Origin: Candidatus Spongiihabitans sp.
Lineage (GTDB): Bacteria; Pseudomonadota; Gammaproteobacteria; Arenicellales; Poriferihabitantaceae
Length of the DNA: 64,000 bases
Assembly (NCBI RefSeq): GCF_965237845.1
Contig: NZ_OZ250154.1
Span: forward strand, 195,121-259,120
Direction of reading: 5' to 3'
The position numbers and the translations under genes were made by a program. This document shows positions 9,919-18,079 of this stretch, piece by piece. Numbering within the stretch: the first letter of the stretch is position 1; each line of letters begins with the position of its first letter. The notes beneath the pieces were generated by a model, which was not told the origin of the DNA, made no database searches, and saw only the letters and a program-made list of their open reading frames with translations.

Positions 9919-10334
9919 GCGCCTTTGAAACTTTGTTCGGCGGCCTGCCCGGATTGCTCAATTACTGGATAGCGATCGCATTATTGGTCTGTGGATTGAT
10001 CATAGTCATGGATAGTCGCAATCTCATCAAAAAACTAATTGGACTTAACATTTTTCAATCTGCGGTATTTTTACTGTTTATCACCATGGGGAAAGTGAGC
10101 CAAGGCCATCCGCCCATCCTGCCGTCCATCATGCCCGCAGCGAATGTAGAAGGGGCGATTTCCAATTTCAGCAATCCTTTGCCGCATGCACTGATCCTTA
10201 CCGCTATTGTGGTCGGGGTGGCAACCACGGCCGTCGGCCTGGCGCTAATCGTTCGAATTCGTCGCGCCTATGGCACTGTTCACGAAGACCAGATAATGGA
10301 TAAACCGGAAGTGGAACCGGAAATCATGCCATGA
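9915..10334 (+). CDS. mrpC: Cation:proton antiporter subunit C (MrpC/MnhC, NuoK-like)
   Basis: 139 aa, 3 TM, LIGLNIFQSAVFLLFITMG motif. Its start overlaps the upstream stop. Confidence 0.8.
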   Translation: MSAFETLFGGLPGLLNYWIAIALLVCGLIIVMDSRNLIKKLIGLNIFQSAVFLLFITMGKVSQGHPPILPSIMPAANVEGAISNFSNPLPHALILTAIVVGVATTAVGLALIVRIRRAYGTVHEDQIMDKPEVEPEIMP

Positions 10335-11902
10335 CCGACCTCCTGAGTCGGCACCTACCCATTCTACAGGTCGTTGTTCCTCTGCTGATTTCGCCTTTTT
10401 GCGTTGTCCTGGGCAGTCGTAATTTGGCACGGATATTAATGGTATCGACCGCGGTTGTCATGTTTGCGATCAGCGCGATGCTGCTCGGCGGCGTATTCAA
10501 TGGCGAAGTTTATATCTATCATCTGGGTGGCTGGGCCGCGCCGTGGGGAATCGAATACCGGGTTGATCATTTAACCGCGTTTGTATTGTTCACCATCAAC
10601 CTGATCCATCTATTAGCGTCGATATTTTGTTTGGGCAGGACCGACGACAATATCGGCCACGCCGCCCGCCCGGTTTTTTACACGGCCTGGCTGCTCTGCA
10701 TTGCCGGGTTGAATGGCATGGTGGTGACCAACGATGCATTCAATGTTTTCGTATTTCTTGAAATCAGCTCGCTGGCTGCCTATATGCTGATCAGTTGCGG
10801 CCGCGACCCCAAAGCGATACTGGCCGCTTATCGTTATCTGATTGTAGGCGCAGTCGGGGCAACATTTGTGTTGCTGTCGATTGGTCTTTTGTATATGCAA
10901 ACCGGCACCCTGAATATTTCCGATCTCTCCCGAATCATCGCCGAACGCGGTGCCGACCGGACAATAATTATGGCGTTGTCATTTTTTATTATCGGAATCG
11001 GCATCAAGTGCGCGATATTTCCGTTGCATGACTGGCTGCCGAATGCATATAGTTTTGCACCGAATTCAGTCACCGTTCTTTTGTCCGGGACGGCCACAAA
11101 AGTAGCGCTCTACGTCATGCTGCGATTTTTGCATGACTTGTTTGGCGCGAATTTCAGTTTTACCGAAATGCCCCTGGATATCGTGTTAATACTCTGTGCG
11201 ATTTTGGGAATGTTGCTGGCGCCGATAGCCGCGTTGCGGGAATCAAACCTGAAACGCATGTTTGCTTGGTCAAGCGTGGCGCAGATTTCCTATATCGTCA
11301 TGGGCATTGGGATAGGCACTACCGCCGGAACGGCGGCCGCTTTGCTGCATTTGTTTAACCACTCGATTATCAAGGCGGCGATATTCATGGCGGTCGGCAT
11401 CGTCATCGCCCGCACCGGCACTGCCCGAATCAAGCTTTTGGGCGGCGTTGCCCACGGCCATCGGTTTGCCTGCTACGCCATGTTGTTCGGCGGGCTCGGC
11501 TTGATTGGCATTCCGGGCACGGTGGGTTTTGTCAGCAAATGGGTATTGGTGACGGCGGCGGTGGAGAAAGGCTGGTGGTGGTTAGCCATCCCTGTGCTTG
11601 CAGGATCATTAGTCAGTGCCGCCTATGTTTGGCGTATCGTCGAAACCCTGTGGACGAAACCGACCGCCATGGAAGGTGGGAGTGCAGATATTGCAAGGAG
11701 CAAATATCTGCCCGCGGCAATCAATCTCGGCCATATGCCAAACACAGGCGGCGCGCCGCTCCACATCGTTGAATGGTTGCCTTTAATGGTGTTGACCGGG
11801 TTGGCCCTGTGGTTCGGGCTTAATGCCTCATTCACAAGCGATCTTGCGATACGGGCAGCGGCCAGCCTGATTAACCCCGAATCCATGAGTCTAAGCCAAT
11901 GA
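10331..11902 (+). CDS. mrpD: MrpD/NuoN-family proton-translocating antiporter-like subunit (copy 1)
   Basis: 523 aa polytopic protein with the proton_antipo_M-type core (FLEISSLAAYMLI...WLPNAYSFAP...). ATGA overlap with mrpC. Confidence 0.8.
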   Translation: MTDLLSRHLPILQVVVPLLISPFCVVLGSRNLARILMVSTAVVMFAISAMLLGGVFNGEVYIYHLGGWAAPWGIEYRVDHLTAFVLFTINLIHLLASIFCLGRTDDNIGHAARPVFYTAWLLCIAGLNGMVVTNDAFNVFVFLEISSLAAYMLISCGRDPKAILAAYRYLIVGAVGATFVLLSIGLLYMQTGTLNISDLSRIIAERGADRTIIMALSFFIIGIGIKCAIFPLHDWLPNAYSFAPNSVTVLLSGTATKVALYVMLRFLHDLFGANFSFTEMPLDIVLILCAILGMLLAPIAALRESNLKRMFAWSSVAQISYIVMGIGIGTTAGTAAALLHLFNHSIIKAAIFMAVGIVIARTGTARIKLLGGVAHGHRFACYAMLFGGLGLIGIPGTVGFVSKWVLVTAAVEKGWWWLAIPVLAGSLVSAAYVWRIVETLWTKPTAMEGGSADIARSKYLPAAINLGHMPNTGGAPLHIVEWLPLMVLTGLALWFGLNASFTSDLAIRAAASLINPESMSLSQ

Positions 11903-13350
11903 CCCCGATTGGGCTGGCTGTGCTGATTCCTTTTATTGGCGCTTGCGGGGTTGTGGCGACGCGGAAATCTCCGCTGATTCGAAACTGTGTGCTGGTTATC
12001 TCAGGTTTGGTCAATCTTTTTCTGTTGGTTTATTTACTGCTGGGCCGAGAAAATTATGACTCGGTTCAGGTTTTATTCGAAACCCTGCCGGGATTAAGAA
12101 TTGCTTTTCATATTGAGCCTCTGGGATTGATATTCGCGTTAACCGCCGGGTCGCTGTGGCCGATTACATCGGTGTATGCCATCGGCTATTTAAATGCCGG
12201 TAACGACCCGCATCAAACCCGATTCCACGCCTTGTTTTGTGTCGCCATGGGCAGCGCCATGGGCATCGCTTTCGCAGAAAACTTGTTTACCCTGTTTCTG
12301 TTTTATGAAATCCTGACCTTTTCCACCTGGCCGCTGGTTACCCACAGCAGAACACCCAAAGCCATCGCCGCAGGTCGGGTCTATCTCGGCGTGCTGTTGA
12401 CCACCTCATTGATTTTGTTTTTACTGGCCATTGTTTTGGTCGGCAGCTACGGCAGCGGATTGTCATTTATTCCCGGTGGTGTGCTGTCAAATGTGTCGCC
12501 GACCCTTACCGCCGTATTGCTATTGCTGTTTCTGTTCGGGATTGGCAAGGCGGCAGTCATGCCTTTTCACCGCTGGCTGCCTAACGCCATGGTTGCGCCC
12601 GCACCGGTGAGCGCGTTGCTGCATGCCGTGGCCGTGGTAAAGGCAGGGGTTTTTTCGATCCTGAAGATCAGCGTCTATATTTTTGGGTTTGACGCGTTGT
12701 CGTCCCTGCGTCTGAACGATATTATGCTGCACGATATTATTTTGTGGATACCCGCAATCACTATTCTATTGGCATCGGTAATCGCGATGCGGCAGGACGA
12801 CATAAAAGCGCGCCTGGCTTACTCCACGGTCAGCCAACTCTCCTATATCGTGTTAGGAGCGCTGATGGCCAATCAGATGGGGATGATTGGCGGCGCAATT
12901 CACATCACCATGCACGCTTTTGGCAAAATCACGCTGTTTTTCTGTGCCGGTGCGATCATTGTTTTTTCGAGCAAGAACAAGGTCTCAGAAATGAACGGAT
13001 TGGGCCGATCAATGCCCTGGACATTCGTTGCATTTTTTATCGCCGCATTGTCCATCGCAGGTCTGCCGCCTACCGGCGGCGTTTGGAGCAAATGGTATCT
13101 CGCTTTGGCGACTCTGGAGACCGGGCAGTTTGGTTTGCTTGCGGTGCTGATGATCAGCTCGCTGTTAAACGTGTATTACCTGTTATCCATTCCGCTCAGG
13201 GCATTTTTCCTGCCGGCTGATGAGCCACCGCAGGCGTTGGAAAATCGTGCGTCCATGGTCGCGCCATTGACACTTACCGCAGCAGTTAGCCTGCTGCTTT
13301 TCTTCATCGCCGATGGGTTGGCGAGTTTCATTGGAGAAATTCAACCATGA
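11899..13350 (+). CDS. mrpD: MrpD/NuoN-family antiporter-like subunit (copy 2)
   Basis: 483 aa, FYEILTFSTWPLV...FHRWLPNAMVAPAPVSALLHAVAVVKAG motif. Overlapping start and stop with its neighbour. Confidence 0.8.
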   Translation: MTPIGLAVLIPFIGACGVVATRKSPLIRNCVLVISGLVNLFLLVYLLLGRENYDSVQVLFETLPGLRIAFHIEPLGLIFALTAGSLWPITSVYAIGYLNAGNDPHQTRFHALFCVAMGSAMGIAFAENLFTLFLFYEILTFSTWPLVTHSRTPKAIAAGRVYLGVLLTTSLILFLLAIVLVGSYGSGLSFIPGGVLSNVSPTLTAVLLLLFLFGIGKAAVMPFHRWLPNAMVAPAPVSALLHAVAVVKAGVFSILKISVYIFGFDALSSLRLNDIMLHDIILWIPAITILLASVIAMRQDDIKARLAYSTVSQLSYIVLGALMANQMGMIGGAIHITMHAFGKITLFFCAGAIIVFSSKNKVSEMNGLGRSMPWTFVAFFIAALSIAGLPPTGGVWSKWYLALATLETGQFGLLAVLMISSLLNVYYLLSIPLRAFFLPADEPPQALENRASMVAPLTLTAAVSLLLFFIADGLASFIGEIQP

Positions 13351-13595
13351 TGAAAAAATTTACTTCATTGTCGATAGGGCTGCAACGCGGCTTAAAAATA
13401 TTTTTCGTATTATGCGCGCTGGTGACCTTGCTCGATTTTATTGTTCTCGGTTTTATCGGCGCCGACCACAGTCAGCATTGGTGGAACTTTTTCGGCTTCC
13501 ACAGTTTGTACGGATTTGCCGCCTGCGTGGTGTTGGTGCTGGTTGCCACGGCGCTACGTCGCATCGTTATGCGGGATGAAGACTACTATGATTAA
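13347..13595 (+). CDS. Small two-TM membrane protein embedded in the mrp-like cluster
   Basis: 82-aa ORF, translationally coupled on both sides (ATGATG at 13347; the next ATG at 13588 lies inside its last codons). Hydrophobic helices. No recognisable family. Confidence 0.5.
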   Translation: MMKKFTSLSIGLQRGLKIFFVLCALVTLLDFIVLGFIGADHSQHWWNFFGFHSLYGFAACVVLVLVATALRRIVMRDEDYYD

Positions 13596-15285
13596 CGCAC
13601 CATTTTTAGTTTTCTTCATCGGCGCAGCTATCGTTCTGGCACTGCCGGGACGCTCAGAGCGATCCGGGCGATTACGAAAAATTGTGATGCTGGCAGTGCC
13701 GCTGGCAGGGTTAATCAATCTGCTGACCTTAGACCAGACCACGGTGTGGCAATTACAGTGGCTTGACCTTGACCTGGTGCTTTTCACCAGCGACCGATTA
13801 AGTTTTATTTTTGGCATACTGTTTCATATCGCCGCGATCATCGCCACAATCTATGCCTGGCATGTCAAAGACCGCCCCCAGCAAGCGGTCGCGCTATTGT
13901 ATCCCGGCAGTGCCCTTGGCATCGTTTTCGCCGGTGATTTTTTGACCCTGTTCGTATTTTGGGAATGCCTGGCGTTAACCTCGGTATTTTTTATCACCGC
14001 TAGGGCAACCCCGCGGGCAATTAAATCCGCGATCCGATATCTGGTGTTTCAGGTCGTGTCGGGCGTGCTCTTGTTGACCGGCAGCTTGTTGATGCTTCAC
14101 CAAACCGGCGGCATTGCGATTGGGCCGTTGGACATGACCGACCCCGGGGCGATATTTTTTCTGCTTGCTTTCGGCATAAAGGCGGCCTTCCCGATGTTGC
14201 ACAACTGGTTGACCGATGCCTATCCAGAAGCCACAGTCAGCGGCACAGTGTTTCTCGGCGCGTTCACCACCAAGGTCGCGGTCTACGTTTTAGCGCGAAC
14301 GTTCACGGGATTGGACGCATTGATTTACATCGGCATGGCGATGGCATGCTTCCCGATTTTCTACGCGGTCATCGAGAATGATTTAAGACGGGTGCTGAGT
14401 TACAGCATGATTAACCAGATTGGATTCATGGTTTGCGGCATCGGCATTGGCACCGAGCTGGCTGTGAACGGGGCCGTGGCGCATGCCTTCAACGATGTCA
14501 TTTTCAAGGGCTTGTTAATGATGTCTATGGGCGCAGTATTATTCCGAACCGGCGACATGCGCGCATCCAATCTTGGCGGGTTGTTCCGAACCATGCCAAA
14601 AACCACCGCGCTTTGTCTGGTCGGCGCAGCCTCGATTTCAGCGTTCCCGTTGTTTAGCGGATTCGTCAGCAAATCCATGGTGATGGCGGCGTTGCTGCTG
14701 CAACACCATGAATTCGTTTGGCTAGCCATGCTGTTTGCGTCTGCCGGGGTATTCCACCACGCCGGCATTAAAATTCCCTATTTCGCCTTCTTCGCCCACG
14801 ACTCCGGATTGCGTCCTGAAGAAGCCCCTCGGCACATGTTAATCGCCATGAGCATTGCCGCAGCGTTGTGTATTTTTGTCGGCAGTTTTCCGCAGTTGCT
14901 TTACCGCCACCTTCCATTTGCTGTGGACTATGCGCCTTTCGAGCTTCCGCATGTGGTTGAGCAGGTTCAACTGCTATTCTTTTCTGCCCTGGCCTTCATC
15001 TGGTTGCAGTTAAAAAACATCTACCCCGCGGAACTCAAATCCACCAACATCGACAGCGAATGGCTTTATCGAAAATTTTGGCCGGCGATTTATACTACAG
15101 CCTGTGCGATAGCGCAAAAACTGCACCTTGGAATTAACGGTTTCGCGTCAGCGACTGCGACGATGCTAACGCCGATGGCAAGAAAACAATCTTATGATTT
15201 GCTGATGCCCTGGTCGGTGCGCGCTATGCTCATGGTTGTCATGGCTTTCCTGGGTGTTGTGCTGGGGTTGTTTTACCTCGTCTAG
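13588..15285 (+). CDS. MrpD/MrpA/NuoL-family antiporter-like subunit (copy 3)
   Basis: The start was set at the ATG at 13588 (MINAPFLVFFIG...). The upstream 49 codons of the computed ORF overlap the 82-aa gene. Core motifs FWECLALTSVFFI and HNWLTDAYPEATVSGTVFL. Confidence 0.8.
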   Translation: MINAPFLVFFIGAAIVLALPGRSERSGRLRKIVMLAVPLAGLINLLTLDQTTVWQLQWLDLDLVLFTSDRLSFIFGILFHIAAIIATIYAWHVKDRPQQAVALLYPGSALGIVFAGDFLTLFVFWECLALTSVFFITARATPRAIKSAIRYLVFQVVSGVLLLTGSLLMLHQTGGIAIGPLDMTDPGAIFFLLAFGIKAAFPMLHNWLTDAYPEATVSGTVFLGAFTTKVAVYVLARTFTGLDALIYIGMAMACFPIFYAVIENDLRRVLSYSMINQIGFMVCGIGIGTELAVNGAVAHAFNDVIFKGLLMMSMGAVLFRTGDMRASNLGGLFRTMPKTTALCLVGAASISAFPLFSGFVSKSMVMAALLLQHHEFVWLAMLFASAGVFHHAGIKIPYFAFFAHDSGLRPEEAPRHMLIAMSIAAALCIFVGSFPQLLYRHLPFAVDYAPFELPHVVEQVQLLFFSALAFIWLQLKNIYPAELKSTNIDSEWLYRKFWPAIYTTACAIAQKLHLGINGFASATATMLTPMARKQSYDLLMPWSVRAMLMVVMAFLGVVLGLFYLV

Positions 15286-15316
15286 TTATTCTTAGAACGT
15301 GGCATCGAGTATAGAT
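15284..15316 (-). repeat. Copy of a dispersed intergenic repeat (CTATACTCGATGCCACGTTCTAAGAATAACTA on the minus strand)
   Basis: The same core GATGCCACGTTCT...AAGAAT is seen at 24110-24144, 28109-28180 and 28251-28322. Confidence 0.7.
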
Positions 15317-15427
15317 TTAATAAACTAATGTATTTTAATTCAGGCTCGTGGCCGTTCCTTGAAAATATTAGGGTTGCAACGTTGAGCTACTTGTCAGGGC
15401 ATTTGTAAATTATTGCAGCATCAATAG

Positions 15428-15492
15428 GGTTGACAATATAACCAATAAGGTTGACAATATTATTCTTTAAGGTTGACAATCAAGGTATTGAC
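15428..15492 (+). promoter_or_regulatory. Array of phased direct repeats (3 x GGTTGACAAT plus a degenerate 4th, AAGGTATTGAC) directly upstream of the wHTH gene
   Basis: Repeats at 15428-15437, 15449-15458 and 15471-15480, spaced 21-22 bp. A degenerate copy lies at 15482-15492, and the ATG is at 15495. Each box contains a TTGACA -35-like hexamer. Confidence 0.6.
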
Positions 15493-15494
15493 TT

Positions 15495-16526
15495 ATGGTA
15501 GGTATTCGTAAAAGAGGTGAAGATATCCGCCAATTTATATTAAATAATGTTGAGCATAACCCGAAAGATATAGTTGCTCTTACATCTCGTGCATACGATA
15601 TATCCAGACAGGCAGTAAACAAGCACATTAAACGTCTTGTTGAAAAAAACGCACTTTTAGAGCGTGGCGCAACCAGGAATAAGCGTTATATTTTGCATCC
15701 ATTAGTTAAATGGGAACACATCTATACTTTAAATGGCACTTTGGCAGAGGATGCGGTTTGGCGCGGAGATATTTCTGAGTTTATAAATGACTTGCCAGAT
15801 AACGTCATTGATATTTGGCACTATGGTTTTACTGAAATACTTAACAATGCAATTGACCACTCATCTGGCACGCAAGTACATATACAGATTACAAAAACTG
15901 CTACTACAACTGAAATCGTAATATATGACGATGGCGAAGGTATCTTTAAGAAAATTCAGCGCGAATTAGAATTGAGTGATGAGCGCCATTCAGTTTTAGA
16001 GCTGGCTAAAGGTAAATTAACAACTGACCCAGACAATCACACTGGTGAAGGGATTTTCTTTAGCTCACGTATGTTTGATGATTTTGCAATATTGTCTGGC
16101 AGTGTATGTTTTTCACACAAACATGATCAAGTTGAAGATTGGATTTTAGAGCGTCAAAAATTTCAATCTGGTACGGGTGTATTTATGGTGTTATTCAATA
16201 ACACAGCAAGAACACCAAAATCTGTCTTTGATAAGTTTACATCTGGAGATGATTACGGCTTTACCAAAACTGTCGTCCCAGTCCGATTAACACAGTACGG
16301 CCATGATAATCTGGTTTCTCGCTCTCAAGCTAAAAGACTGTTAGCGGGGGTTGAGAAATTTGAAACTGTTATTTTTGATTTTGATAATGTTGAAACGATT
16401 GGGCAAGCGTTTGCTGATGAAATATTTCGTGTTTTCAAATTGCAGCAACCAGATATGGAATTAATTTACTTGAATTCCAACGAGCAAGTAACACAAATGA
16501 TTACACGAGCCTTGTCGCGAGAGTAG
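15495..16526 (+). CDS. wHTH - GHKL/HATPase_c-like ATPase - STAS-like (DUF4325-type) protein
   Basis: 343 aa. N-terminal ArsR/MarR-like wHTH (ISRQAVNKHIKRLVEKNALL). GHKL N-box ILNNAIDHS, G1 box YDDGEGIF and G2 box HTGEGIFF. C-terminal VIFDFDNVETIGQAFADEIF resembles a STAS-like/DUF4325 domain. Confidence 0.65.
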   Translation: MVGIRKRGEDIRQFILNNVEHNPKDIVALTSRAYDISRQAVNKHIKRLVEKNALLERGATRNKRYILHPLVKWEHIYTLNGTLAEDAVWRGDISEFINDLPDNVIDIWHYGFTEILNNAIDHSSGTQVHIQITKTATTTEIVIYDDGEGIFKKIQRELELSDERHSVLELAKGKLTTDPDNHTGEGIFFSSRMFDDFAILSGSVCFSHKHDQVEDWILERQKFQSGTGVFMVLFNNTARTPKSVFDKFTSGDDYGFTKTVVPVRLTQYGHDNLVSRSQAKRLLAGVEKFETVIFDFDNVETIGQAFADEIFRVFKLQQPDMELIYLNSNEQVTQMITRALSRE

Positions 16527-16630
16527 CCCTAACGCTTCGCATCACAGATAGCAAAAAGTGGGGCGGCTGGAGCGTAGCGGAAGCCGCGGTGCTTTATGAT
16601 GCCCACTCCATTTGTAACTTGCGATAAAGA

Positions 16631-16650
16631 TGGGCCTTAACTGTAAGACC
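16631..16650. repeat. Palindromic motif copy (GGGCCTTAACTGTAAGACCC)
   Basis: An imperfect copy of the 22-bp palindrome GGGTCTTAACTAGTCAAGACCC found at 35836-35857 and, in part, at 18080-18101. The flanking GATGGG and CCCTTAT/CCCTAGAT are also similar. Confidence 0.75.
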
Positions 16651-16657
16651 CTTATCG

Positions 16658-16735
16658 ACAGTTTTCCGCAGTTACTTTACCGCCTCCTTTCATTTGCTGT
16701 GGGCTATGCGCCTTTCGAGCTTCCCTATGCTTGTA
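16658..16735 (+). pseudogene. Partial diverged copy (left arm plus core) of an internal segment of the last mrp gene
   Basis: CAGTTTTCCGCAGTTACTTTACCGCCTCCTTTCATTTGCTGTGGGCTATGCGCCTTTCGAGCTTCC aligns to 14883-14948 with a few mismatches. It encodes SFPQLLYRLLSFAVGYAPFELP versus SFPQLLYRHLPFAVDYAPFELP. Confidence 0.8.
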
Positions 16736-17331
16736 GCATCAAACGGTGTTTTATAAAGCTCATTTACTTGCCACAAACCACTTTTTACGATTTTTTCTTT
16801 TGGCGAACTATTGCCAAGCCAATCATTTGACGGTTTACATTCATCACACCTTGAGATTGTAGCGATTAGTTTTGATTCAATATCCAGCCGCTCTTCCTTG
16901 TTTTTTACTTCAAAGGTAGCGAACGAGAAATTGCCCTGGATGTACTGGCTAACCTGGTTTTCAATATTCTTTTGGTAATCAAAATCGATCAGCGAAGAGT
17001 ATTTATCTTTTGCCTTTTTTGTGACGAGATTACGCTCCCAGTATTTTAAAAAAGGATCATTGTGCTGGCTAAGTAAAGCCCTGCCAATATTCTTTCTGAA
17101 AATACTTCGATCTTTATTCTCGTTAAGGAAATGTTCCTCCAATCTTAAACGAAGTCGACTCTCTCCCGTGTGCGTACCTATTCTCACAATTCTTTCCTTC
17201 TGGTGCCCATACTCGCCTTTTTGAAACAAAACATAGATGCCATTCAATGGAATATTTGATGCCTCAAAGGGAAATTTATGCCTCTCAAGTTCATTGGCAA
17301 GTCTATGAACTGAAGAACATTCACTACTCAT
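16690..17331 (-). CDS. GIY-YIG-like nuclease-family protein (tentative)
   Basis: 213 aa. NGIYVLFQKGE...IVRIGTHTGESRLRLRLEEHF...IFRKNIGRAL resembles a GIY-YIG core. The C-terminal part contains CDECKPSNDWLGNSS...SGLWQVNEL. Its ATG overlaps the stop of the upstream gene (ATGA at 17328-17331). Confidence 0.5.
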   Translation of the reverse strand: MSSECSSVHRLANELERHKFPFEASNIPLNGIYVLFQKGEYGHQKERIVRIGTHTGESRLRLRLEEHFLNENKDRSIFRKNIGRALLSQHNDPFLKYWERNLVTKKAKDKYSSLIDFDYQKNIENQVSQYIQGNFSFATFEVKNKEERLDIESKLIATISRCDECKPSNDWLGNSSPKEKIVKSGLWQVNELYKTPFDATSIGKLERRIAHSK

Positions 17332-17807
17332 GTAACCAACCCCTTGAGCCTTTGTAGCTGCTCTCCAATACGCAGACCCTCAAGTGGTATTTGTGCATTC
17401 TTGATATGCGGCAACAAATACTTCCTATATTTATCTCCGGCTAGAAACGTAAACTCCGTTTCATTAATAGAGCAAACTTGCTTTATTTGATCAAGTACTC
17501 TACTTGCCCATTGTTTGATTTCATTTGAACGCATATTGTTCAGAGTTTGCTCATACGGCTCAATTTCCTGACCTAAAGGCAACAACCCATACTTTGCGGA
17601 AAGAATAAAGATTTTATCGGGTTCCAGTTTTTTTGCGTATTTCAGATTGAGTTTAAAGAGTGTACTGATGTACAGGTCCTTTGCCTTCGCACTGCGCGAA
17701 AGTTTTTTACTTACACATGAAATTAGAACTATCCGTTTTGGCATAACTTTTCTTTTGTGTGTCCGCTGAATGCTTTTGTTAGATTTATTTTCGAGTAATG
17801 CCCTCAA
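17328..17807 (-). CDS. DUF6884-like protein (tentative); the real start is probably the ATG at 17744
   Basis: The 159-aa ORF contains RIVLISCVSKK...AKDLYISTLF...IFILSAKYGLL...IEPYEQTL...FLAGDKYRKYL...PLEGLRIGEQLQRL, the pattern I associate with DUF6884. The N-terminal 21 codons overlap a gene fragment. Confidence 0.5.
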   Translation of the reverse strand: MRALLENKSNKSIQRTHKRKVMPKRIVLISCVSKKLSRSAKAKDLYISTLFKLNLKYAKKLEPDKIFILSAKYGLLPLGQEIEPYEQTLNNMRSNEIKQWASRVLDQIKQVCSINETEFTFLAGDKYRKYLLPHIKNAQIPLEGLRIGEQLQRLKGLVT

Positions 17808-17988
17808 TAGAACTCACAGGTCCCATCGCAGATATTTGTACTCTGAGTTCGTTCTTTAGGATGAAGCCACCGTTTTCTTCACTTGTTTTCAACAACTCCC
17901 AACGCACAAAATCAGTTCTAAGTTTCTCTTTTGCAGTTTGGATTGCCTGAGCCAGTGCCTCATCAAAACTTCCATTTTGAGAAACACC
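17785..17988 (-). pseudogene. Start-less dodecin-like fragment
   Basis: An open frame GVSQNGSFDEALAQAIQTAKEKLRTDFVRWELLKTSEENGGFILKNELRVQISA resembles the dodecin fold consensus (GsS..SfedA...A..tlrn..w.ev.e.rG....G). It has no start codon and a stop immediately upstream. Confidence 0.3.
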
Positions 17989-18055
17989 TTAAAACCTCTC
18001 TAAATTTCTTCTCCGTAATTCGGGAACGATTGTAATACTTGTTTTTCCTTTTCAT
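17963..18055 (-). pseudogene. 30-codon ORF resembling the N-terminus of a small transposase-like protein (IS1595-type?)
   Basis: MKRKNKYYNRSRITEKKFREVLRCF... resembles N-termini I recall from IS-associated proteins. It runs out of frame into the dodecin-like fragment. Very tentative. Confidence 0.2.
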
Positions 18056-18079
18056 AACTAGTACTTTAAGCAATTTTTA

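Noticed and set aside
13441-13587. N-terminal 49 codons of the computed ORF 13441-15285, and similar 5' extensions of ORFs 1596-2753, 8406-8816, 24938-26134 and 57910-59334.
   Set aside because: The extensions overlap the preceding gene or have non-protein-like sequence. Internal ATGs coincide with the onset of family homology and with translational-coupling overlaps.
15428-15492. Considered whether the short direct-repeat arrays (15428-15492, 60366-60427 and 9046-9105) could be CRISPR arrays.
   Set aside because: The repeats are 10-16 bp. They either have no spacers or spacers of about 11 bp, no cas genes are present, and one array is inside a coding region.
16527-16660. Attempted to call a canonical attC site after the wHTH-ATPase gene and after the GIY-YIG-like gene. 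Candidate sequences were GCCCTAACGC, AAGCGTTAGGG and the hairpin GCGGCT...AGCCGC.
   Set aside because: Only partial matches to R''/R' boxes were found (GTTAGGG lacks the final pyrimidine), and I found no convincing L''/L' pairing by eye. This is left as a test for a covariance model rather than asserted.
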